From Firmicutes bacterium ADurb.Bin182 (GTDB lineage Bacteria; Bacillota; Clostridia; Christensenellales; CAG-138): a stretch of 64,000 nt of DNA. The position numbers and the translations under genes were made by a program. The stretch covers positions 442 through 64,441 of the forward strand of contig MWCU01000059.1 of the NCBI GenBank assembly GCA_002070205.1. The letters are read 5' to 3'. Below the pieces are notes generated by a model. It saw nothing but the letters and a program-made list of their open reading frames with translations, searched no databases and had not been told where the DNA came from. This document shows, one piece after another, positions 55,449 through 64,000 of this stretch; position 1 is the stretch's first letter, and every line of letters starts with the position of its first letter.

Positions 55449-56747
55449 ATGATGAAAAGAAGATCGCACAGGGTTTATTTATTGGCAGCGGCTTTGATAT
55501 TTATTATGTCGTCTCTGACGGCGTGCGTCCCCGGCGGAGGCGCTGCCATGCCCGAAAATACACCTGCGCAAACGAAAGGACCGGATACGGGCAACAAGCC
55601 AATGGCATTTAAGTCCGTTGATTCACTGAAGCCCGAAGTCTATGAATCCCTGTCGGGATTTTCGGTTGATCTGTTCCGGCGCATGAACGCCGAAGACATC
55701 TCAAGCAACATTTTCCTGTCGCCTTTGTCTGTGTGGCTGGCGCTCGGCATGACATATAACGGAGCGTCGGGCGGCACCGCCGAGGGCATGGCGCAGGCGC
55801 TGCATGTAACGGATTTGCCGATAGGCGACCTGAACAGCGATAATGCCGGCCTGATGGGTATCTTGAGAGCGGCGGATCCCAATGTGCAAATCGCTATAGT
55901 CAACTCCATATGGGTGCGAGACAGTTTTGCATCTGCCGTCAACGAGGATTTTCTAAGCGCAAACAAGAAGCATTACGACGCGGCCATTGAGGCTCTGGAT
56001 TTTTCAAAAGACGACGCCGCGGGTATTATCAGCGACTGGGTGGAGGACAATACCAACGGCAACATAAAGGACATGATAGAACCGCCCATCGATCCTTTGA
56101 CAGTGATGTTTCTTATAAACGCAGTGCATTTCAAGGCACCTTGGAAGCAAGCCTTTGATCCGAAAGACAGCCGCGACGGTGTTTTTGCGACCTCTGATGG
56201 TGAAGAGGTGCAGGTGAAATACCTCTTCCGCAAAGAAGGCAACTTCGGGTATATGGACGATACGGTGACTGCCGTGCGGCTGCCGTATTCGAACGGGAGG
56301 CTGGAGATGGTGGCTGTCCTGCCGCAGCGGCAGGCGCTTGGCGAATATATCGAGGAACTGACACCTGAAAAATTAGCCGAAATCATAACCAAGTGCGGTG
56401 AGACCTCACTGGCGTTGCTGTTTCCTAAGTTTAAGCTCGAGTATGAGGCCGAGCTCAACGACGTGTTGAAGGCTATGGGCATGGCGGAGGCGTTCGATCC
56501 CGTCAGCGCCGATTTTTCGGCTTTGAGCGAGCAGTTCGGGACAGAGCTTTATATCAGTAAAGTCAGGCACAAGTCGTTCATAGAGGTCAACGAGGAGGGG
56601 ACCGAGGCAAGCGCCGCTACATCGGTGGAGATAAATCGTGAATCGGCGCCCATGCGGATGGAATTCAATAAGCCGTTCCTGTTCCTGATACGCGACAGCA
56701 AGACCGGCGCGATTTTGTTTATCGGCACGGTGGCGGATCCTTCTTAG
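55449..56747 (+). CDS. Serpin-family protease inhibitor, predicted lipoprotein
   Basis: Lipobox 'SSLTAC'. 'NIFLSPLSVWLALGMTYNGA', 'AVHFKAPWKQAF', hinge 'EEGTEASAAT', 'FNKPFLFLIRD..TGAILFIG'. Confidence 0.85.
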   Translation: MMKRRSHRVYLLAAALIFIMSSLTACVPGGGAAMPENTPAQTKGPDTGNKPMAFKSVDSLKPEVYESLSGFSVDLFRRMNAEDISSNIFLSPLSVWLALGMTYNGASGGTAEGMAQALHVTDLPIGDLNSDNAGLMGILRAADPNVQIAIVNSIWVRDSFASAVNEDFLSANKKHYDAAIEALDFSKDDAAGIISDWVEDNTNGNIKDMIEPPIDPLTVMFLINAVHFKAPWKQAFDPKDSRDGVFATSDGEEVQVKYLFRKEGNFGYMDDTVTAVRLPYSNGRLEMVAVLPQRQALGEYIEELTPEKLAEIITKCGETSLALLFPKFKLEYEAELNDVLKAMGMAEAFDPVSADFSALSEQFGTELYISKVRHKSFIEVNEEGTEASAATSVEINRESAPMRMEFNKPFLFLIRDSKTGAILFIGTVADPS

Positions 56748-56846
56748 GCTGCGTTAATTCCTGCTGGAGAGTGAGCGTTAAAATGAGAGCTGTATCCGGA
56801 GCAGACTGACGGACCATCAAAAGCGCAAAGCCTAAATAAAATCGAT

Positions 56847-56872
56847 AAAAATCCGCATCAGCGGATTTTTTT
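56847..56872. terminator. Bidirectional rho-independent terminator
   Basis: AAAAATCCGC-atca-GCGGATTTTTTT. Confidence 0.8.
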
Positions 56873-56910
56873 CATGAACTATCCACTAACCACTATTTAC
56901 TGACCACTAT

Positions 56911-58248
56911 CTATAATATCCGTCTGCATTCGAGATAATATCTCTTCTCATGCGCTTCTCCCATCGAAAACGTCTTTCGCGGCAGAGCGCCGTCATAAAC
57001 GACCGTTGGGAACAAGGCGCTTTTGGGCATTGGGGACAGGAAGAAACCCATGTTGCCGGGTTCCGTGCCGAGACTTGCTACGATGTCGCTTCCGTGAATG
57101 TAGTCTATCGAGGCTTCGCGATATTCTTTTAAAAGCGCGTCAAGCGCCGCTTGAAGAGTGCCCACTTCCAGCTGGGCTTTAGGTCCTTTTACCATAAAGA
57201 ATCCATAGCCGTCAGACGAGCAGAATGAGAGGACATGCATATTTTCTTTGACAGCCCGTTTAAAGCTGCGCACGCATTTGTTTTTGAAAAACATGGTTTC
57301 GCAGCCGCCGTTGTTTTCGGCCAAATACGTCTTCAGAAATTTCTCGGCTTTTTTGACGTCAATATTGAAGAGCACTCTGTGAATAGGCTCGAACATGATG
57401 CCCTCGTCGTGAACGTTTTCCACCTCGACCAAAGCGAATCGGGCGGGATGATCCCGCCTTTCTTCCTCCGAAATGTCCTTTTTGATTTTTTCCCAGCCGG
57501 CTTTTGCGGTTGCGAAGGAATGGTTGCCGTCCCCCAGCGCGAAGAGCAGAGGCGCGCAGTCGTCGCCGTATTTTTTATGGAACGCCCCGGGATCGGCAAG
57601 CGCGGCCAGCGCGTCCAAAACCCGCTGTATCATGGGCGGCCGGTCTATAAAGTATCCCTCTATATGTCCTCCGCCCTGCATCAAATCAAAATCGTAAAGC
57701 TTTTCACACTCCGCGATTTTCTCAGCGGCCGGCTCGATAACCGTTTTATCCGGATCGTCTATTAAAACGATAATGTGAGGCATTTCAAGCGGCGCGCCTT
57801 CCCTTATCCTGAGCCTCGGAGGAATTCGTTCTACGATTGTGCCCTCAGTCGCCCTTATAAGGGTAGATGAACCTTTTTTGTAATCGTATTGATCAAGGTC
57901 CAACGCAAAAATAAGACCGGTTCGAGTCTTGCCCGAAACGGTGCGTTTGACCAAAACAAATCCTTTTCCCTTATTCGTCAATATGCCGTCATTCAAATAA
58001 CGGCCCATAAATGATCTGATCCCGGCAATGCGCTCCTGTTCATCGGGTTTATCCAAATATATTTCCGGGAGCATTATCCTAAGCGTTGAAGGCGCTTCGC
58101 CGACTATCCGGTCCGTTTTTTCCCAGTACTCGGGTTGAGACGTGTATTGATCGCAAGCTACCACCGCCCATTTTTGAAGATCCACCTCGGGATTCGGCAA
58201 CAGGATTTCAGGCACTTTAACGCCAATCCCGTTGGGATACGGTTCCAT
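56911..58248 (-). CDS. DUF1015-like protein
   Basis: 445 aa. Central 'IRATEGTIVERIPPRLRIREGAPLEMPHIIVLIDDP' resembles the DUF1015 core. The N-terminus is atypical and the assignment is from memory. Confidence 0.55.
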   Translation of the reverse strand: MEPYPNGIGVKVPEILLPNPEVDLQKWAVVACDQYTSQPEYWEKTDRIVGEAPSTLRIMLPEIYLDKPDEQERIAGIRSFMGRYLNDGILTNKGKGFVLVKRTVSGKTRTGLIFALDLDQYDYKKGSSTLIRATEGTIVERIPPRLRIREGAPLEMPHIIVLIDDPDKTVIEPAAEKIAECEKLYDFDLMQGGGHIEGYFIDRPPMIQRVLDALAALADPGAFHKKYGDDCAPLLFALGDGNHSFATAKAGWEKIKKDISEEERRDHPARFALVEVENVHDEGIMFEPIHRVLFNIDVKKAEKFLKTYLAENNGGCETMFFKNKCVRSFKRAVKENMHVLSFCSSDGYGFFMVKGPKAQLEVGTLQAALDALLKEYREASIDYIHGSDIVASLGTEPGNMGFFLSPMPKSALFPTVVYDGALPRKTFSMGEAHEKRYYLECRRIL

Positions 58249-58353
58249 ATGAACAGCCTCCTGGTCGAAATTTTTCCGTTAAAATACGCCGATGCGTCAT
58301 TTTTTATACTACAACATTCATTTTGGAAGGTCAACCTTCAAGGACCAATTTGA

Positions 58354-60050
<1,697 letters not shown>

Positions 60051-60146
60051 CCGCTTGAAGGAAATTTGCAACGCAAAAAACAGTCTTTGAAGCGATTTTC
60101 ACTGACCGGAAACAGCAAAGGGCCGGCTGCTTTTCAACGCGCTTGA

Positions 60147-60572
60147 TCAATAGGAAAAATCGTATGAGAATTCGCCGAGTTCGCCAAGGCTGTTAAAAAG
60201 GCTCGCTCCCAGCGCCGCTATCGCGATAAACAGCAAAATGGACAGACCGATTCCGATTAGCCACCAAATCAGCATCGCCCTTGACCAGTTTTTCCTGTTC
60301 AGGTTCGTATCGCTGGAAAATGCCCATACCAAAAGCATGATTAGATTGACTATGGGTATAAACGAAACGAGCATCATCAGCATATAGCTTCCTGTCGACA
60401 GCGGTTCCCTCAAAGGATCGGAACTTGTTTTGACCGGAGTAAAGTTTGAGTATTGCTGCTGCGCGGGCTGCGGGGAAGGAGCCGGTTGTTCCTGAACGTC
60501 CATTCTCGTGCCGCAGTTTCCGCAGAACATTACGCCGTCAGGCGAAGAGGCGCCGCAGTTTTTGCATATCAT
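60147..60572 (-). CDS. Zinc-ribbon membrane protein
   Basis: 'MICKNCGASSPDGVMFCGNCG', a Gln/Pro linker and two TM segments. Confidence 0.6.
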   Translation of the reverse strand: MICKNCGASSPDGVMFCGNCGTRMDVQEQPAPSPQPAQQQYSNFTPVKTSSDPLREPLSTGSYMLMMLVSFIPIVNLIMLLVWAFSSDTNLNRKNWSRAMLIWWLIGIGLSILLFIAIAALGASLFNSLGELGEFSYDFSY

Positions 60573-60668
60573 AGTGTGATACCCCCTTAATTATTGCTCT
60601 ATTTATACCATATTTTGCATGATTTGAAAAGAGAAGAGGGAGCGGAATTTTTCATCTTTACGTCAGAG

Positions 60669-63600
60669 TCATGTTCCGTTTTCAAGCATCATTCTGATAC
60701 GGTTGATCTGGTTCACATAGCTTGCTCCCGGATCGTAGTCAAGCGCGATGATATTCACCTCCGGGTGCAGCTCCTTTATTGTTTTTATCATGCCCTTGCC
60801 GGTTATGTGATTCGGAAGGCAGGCAAACGGCTGCATGCAGATGATGCCGGTCGCTCCCTCCTCGATAAGATCGAGCATTTCCGCAGTGAGAAGCCAGCCT
60901 TCACCCGATTGATTGCATAGTGAAAGCATACGCTTTACGCTCTCAGCAAGCTCAAAAATGGATCTCGGGGGCGAAAACCTGCTGTTTTTCAGTGCTTTTC
61001 TCATATAGTCCCGGTAATGCTCGATAAATTTCACCGCAAGTCTGCCGAGCGCGCTTTTCAAGGCACTTTCCGCGAGATATCTTCTGCCGGCGCCTTTGCC
61101 GTACGCGCAGTAAAGAAAGAATTCGACAAGCCCCGGCACAATTATCTCCGCCCCTTCGCTCTCGAGGAACTCCGCCATTTTGTTGTTTGCGGCCGGGTGG
61201 TATTTTACGAGTATCTCGCCGACAAGGCCCACACGGGGCCTTTTTTCATTCAGGACCGGGACGGCTTCAAATTCCTTTACGATAAGTTTGAGGATTTTTT
61301 TGAAATCCTTTCCTGAGCCCGTAAACAGGCCCGGTTTGCAGCGCTCGACGCAAAGCTTTGCGGTTTTATCCGTTTCGCCTTTATTTTTCTCATACGGACG
61401 CACGCTGAAAAGAAGCTTCATGATTAAATCTCCAAATATCAAAGCCATCAGCGCTTTTTTAACGAAAGGAAGCGTGAGTTTGAATCCGGGGTTGTTCCCT
61501 AACCCAGAAGCGTTAAGGGAAATGACCGGTATGCCGGAATAGCCCGCGCTTGACAGAGCTCCCTTTAAAAGCGCGAGGTAATTGCTTGCTCTGCACGGGC
61601 CTCCCGTCTGGCTTATAATGAGCGCGGTGCGCTCCGTGTCGTAGCGTCCCGACTTCAGCGCGCCGAGTATCTGGCCGATTATTATGATGGACGGATAACA
61701 CGAATCGTTGTTGACATACTTTAAGCCAAGCTCAATATCTTCCTGCTTCACCTCGGAAAGAACGTCGAGCCGGTATCCTTCCGATACGGCGGCTTCCCTT
61801 GCAAGCTCAAAATGGATGGGTGCCATTTGAGGCGCGAGTATCGTATATTCCTTTCGCATCCGTTTGGTGAAAACGATGCTTTTATATTCCTCCCGCGGAA
61901 GCATTGAAGCGGGTTTTTTTGCTCTTGCTTCCATTGCCGCTTTAAGCGACCTTATCCTTATCCTGACGGCCCCGATGTTGCTTACCTCGTCGATTTTGAT
62001 GAGGGTATAGAGCTTGCCTGATTGTTTTAAGATTTCCTGCGCCTGTTCCGCTGCGACGGAATCCGGACCGCACCCGAACGAATTCAACTGAACAAGCTCG
62101 AAGCCGGAGTTTTTTGAAACAAAGTCCGCCGCCTCGTAAAGCCTCGAGTGATACATCCATTGGTCCAGCACGCGAAGGGGCCTTTTCACGTTTCCGAGGC
62201 CTGCAACGGAATCTTCGGTAAATACGGCGATCCCAAGCGAAGCTATCATGCCGGGTATGCCGTGATTGACTTCCGGGTCGAGATGATACGGCCTTCCCGC
62301 CAATACTATGCCGGGCATCTCTGATTTTTTCAGCAGATCAAGCGCCTGCTCCGCCCGTTTTCTGATATCCTTTTTAAAGAGCCTGTCTTCCGCAAGAGCT
62401 GCTTCGACCGCGTTTTTTATTTCGCCTTTGGTTATTTTAAACGCGTCAAATTCCTCATAAAGCCGCCGGATAAGCCTTTTTTTGTCGTGATAGGGGAGGA
62501 AGGGATTGTGGAGGGTTACTCCGTTTTCTTTCAGGCTGTCCATATTTGCCTTGATTACTTCTGCGTACGCTGCGACTATCGGGCAGTTGTAATGGTTGTC
62601 CGCATCTTTGATTTCGGGCATTTCTTTGGGGATGCACGGGTAAAAAATATGTTTTACGCCTTTTCGAACGAGCGCTTCCACATGGCCGTGCGCAAGCTTT
62701 GCCGGATAGCACGCCGTATCCGAAGATATAGTGTCCATTCCGAGCTCATAAAGCTTCCTGTCTGACTCCGGGGACAGCTCGACGCGGAACCCGAGCTTGG
62801 TGAAGAATGTGAACCAGAACGGATAGTTTTCGTACATATTCATAACCCTCGGGATACCCATTACGCCTCTTCCGGCTTTTTCTTTGTCGAGGGGCGCATA
62901 ACCGAAAAGCCTTTTATATTTATAATCGTACAGGTTGGGTATATTGGAAGGTTTTTCAGCTCCCGCTCCGTTTTCGCAGCGGTTGCCCGTCACATGGCTT
63001 TTGCCGTTTTCAAAACGGGTGACAGTCAAAAGGCAGCGGTTTGTGCACCCCCCGCATCGGGATGTGGCTGCCTTATAGCGGAAATTTTCAAGCTGTTCGC
63101 GGGGGATAATGGACGACAAAGATCCTTTTGACCACATATTTTTCGCATACAAGGCGGCTCCGAACGCGCCCATTACCGCCGCGATGTCGGGCCTTATGAC
63201 CTCCCTGCCTACGGTTTTTTCAAAGCATCTGAGAATTGCGTCGTTCAAAAAAGTTCCGCCCTGCACGACGATATTCTCCCCCAGATCGTTATCATTTGCC
63301 TTTATTACCTTGTAAAGCGCATTTTTGATCACGGAATGGCAAAGGCCTGCGGAAATATCGGCGACGGATACGCCCTCTTTTTGTGCCTGCCTGACTTTGG
63401 AGTTCATGAATACCGTGCACCGCGAGCCGAGGTCCGCGGGAGCTCTCGAGCGGATGCCCTGCTCCGCGAATTCCTGAACGCTCATGTTCAGAGATTTTGC
63501 GAATGTCTCTATGAATGAGCCGCAGCCGGAAGAGCAGGCTTCGTTGAGCAGAACGCTGTCGATAACGCCGTTTTTTACCTTTATGCATTTCATGTCCTGG

Positions 63601-64000
63601 CCGCCGATATCCAGTATAAGGTCTGCGCCGGGCAAAAAGAAACCGGCGCCGGTGCTGTGAGCGACCGTCTCCACTATGCCGGCGTCGCAGGAAAACGCGG
63701 TCTTTATGAGCGCTTCTCCATAGCCTGTGACTGCCGAGGAGGCGATGACCGCATCGGGATTTAGAACCGAATATACAGATAAAAGCATTCCGGCCGCCGT
63801 CTCCAGCGGTTTGCCGCAGTTGTTTCCGTAGCAGGAGAATAGAAGGTTCCCTTCTTCATCGATAAGCGCCGCTTTGCTTGTCGTCGACCCTATATCAAGC
63901 CCCAGAAAGCAGTTTCCGCTGCATTCGCCGGGGTCCTTTTTTTTCATGCGGGCGGACCGATGCCTTAATACGAATGCGCGGTATTCGTCTTCCGAGTCAA
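60669..64000 (-). CDS. BadF/BadG/BcrA/BcrD-type ATPase fused to a 2-hydroxyacyl-CoA-dehydratase-like (DUF2229/HgdB-like) region; 5' end probably outside the window
   Basis: '[14 protein letters not shown]', '[10 protein letters not shown]', 'ACSSGCGSF', then about 750 aa of dehydratase-like sequence. The reading frame stays open from the Met at 63947 to position 64000, so the true start may lie upstream. Confidence 0.8.
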   Translation of the reverse strand, partial: DSEDEYRAFVLRHRSARMKKKDPGECSGNCFLGLDIGSTTSKAALIDEEGNLLFSCYGNNCGKPLETAAGMLLSVYSVLNPDAVIASSAVTGYGEALIKTAFSCDAGIVETVAHSTGAGFFLPGADLILDIGGQDMKCIKVKNGVIDSVLLNEACSSGCGSFIETFAKSLNMSVQEFAEQGIRSRAPADLGSRCTVFMNSKVRQAQKEGVSVADISAGLCHSVIKNALYKVIKANDNDLGENIVVQGGTFLNDAILRCFEKTVGREVIRPDIAAVMGAFGAALYAKNMWSKGSLSSIIPREQLENFRYKAATSRCGGCTNRCLLTVTRFENGKSHVTGNRCENGAGAEKPSNIPNLYDYKYKRLFGYAPLDKEKAGRGVMGIPRVMNMYENYPFWFTFFTKLGFRVELSPESDRKLYELGMDTISSDTACYPAKLAHGHVEALVRKGVKHIFYPCIPKEMPEIKDADNHYNCPIVAAYAEVIKANMDSLKENGVTLHNPFLPYHDKKRLIRRLYEEFDAFKITKGEIKNAVEAALAEDRLFKKDIRKRAEQALDLLKKSEMPGIVLAGRPYHLDPEVNHGIPGMIASLGIAVFTEDSVAGLGNVKRPLRVLDQWMYHSRLYEAADFVSKNSGFELVQLNSFGCGPDSVAAEQAQEILKQSGKLYTLIKIDEVSNIGAVRIRIRSLKAAMEARAKKPASMLPREEYKSIVFTKRMRKEYTILAPQMAPIHFELAREAAVSEGYRLDVLSEVKQEDIELGLKYVNNDSCYPSIIIIGQILGALKSGRYDTERTALIISQTGGPCRASNYLALLKGALSSAGYSGIPVISLNASGLGNNPGFKLTLPFVKKALMALIFGDLIMKLLFSVRPYEKNKGETDKTAKLCVERCKPGLFTGSGKDFKKILKLIVKEFEAVPVLNEKRPRVGLVGEILVKYHPAANNKMAEFLESEGAEIIVPGLVEFFLYCAYGKGAGRRYLAESALKSALGRLAVKFIEHYRDYMRKALKNSRFSPPRSIFELAESVKRMLSLCNQSGEGWLLTAEMLDLIEEGATGIICMQPFACLPNHITGKGMIKTIKELHPEVNIIALDYDPGASYVNQINRIRMMLENGT

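Noticed and set aside
56878-56912. Triple 'CCACTA/ACCACTAT' run and DnaA-box-like 'TATCCAC' between the serpin and DUF1015 genes.
   Set aside because: There is only a 7/9 resemblance to one DnaA box, no cluster of boxes, and no AT-rich unwinding element. It lies in a convergent 3' region, so it is probably chance or part of the terminator context.

Overview
This is a 64-kb chromosomal segment from a spore-forming Firmicute, probably class Clostridia. That taxonomic call is inferred from gene content (spoIIE, spoIIR, sleB-ypeB, ricT, a SpoIID-domain protein), mostly ~55-60% GC by eye, and Bacillus-like synteny: yaaO-like decarboxylase, darA-holB-ricT, pth-mfd, mnmG-rsmG-parB/noc. I can support about 55 protein-coding genes, and most are ordinary housekeeping. 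I found no rRNA, tRNA, CRISPR array, transposase or integrase.

The one clearly accessory region is about 8.6 kb (26.46-35.1 kb) between xth and ispE. It encodes, in order:
- a secreted Pro/Thr-linker protein;
- an archaeal/ER-type signal peptidase (SipW-like);
- four consecutive TasA/camelysin-like proteins, each with the SipW-cognate 'GGTLAWF' signal motif;
- a fifth TasA-like paralog that instead has a normal Sec signal plus a C-terminal sortase-type sorting signal;
- a CnaB-type wall-anchored adhesin.

Four transcription units in this island start with the same promoter architecture: the direct repeat GTGACCG-N4-GTGACYG at a fixed distance from a -10 box (TGn-extended in three of the four copies). 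One of the four copies drives only a structured, apparently non-coding ~155-nt RNA. The island also holds two low-GC paralogs, a 430-bp intercistronic region packed with hairpin repeats, and a 20-bp inverted repeat bracketing 83 bp just upstream of the anchored paralog. I read this as a regulon for a multi-subunit, possibly cell-wall-tethered TasA-type fibre, and it is the best candidate for something undescribed.

Other notable items:
- a dispersed intergenic repeat family with core GTCATCCTGAGCGAAGCGAAGGATCT, at three loci;
- a pyrG leader with a GGGCTC start and terminator, resembling the B. subtilis CTP-sensing reiterative-transcription attenuator;
- a lipoprotein serpin;
- a DUF1540 gene too short for the ORF track;
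- a ParB/Noc-like gene with no ParA partner;
- a BcrAD-ATPase/dehydratase fusion that runs off the 3' end of the window.

All family assignments come from motifs read in the translations. No database search was run.
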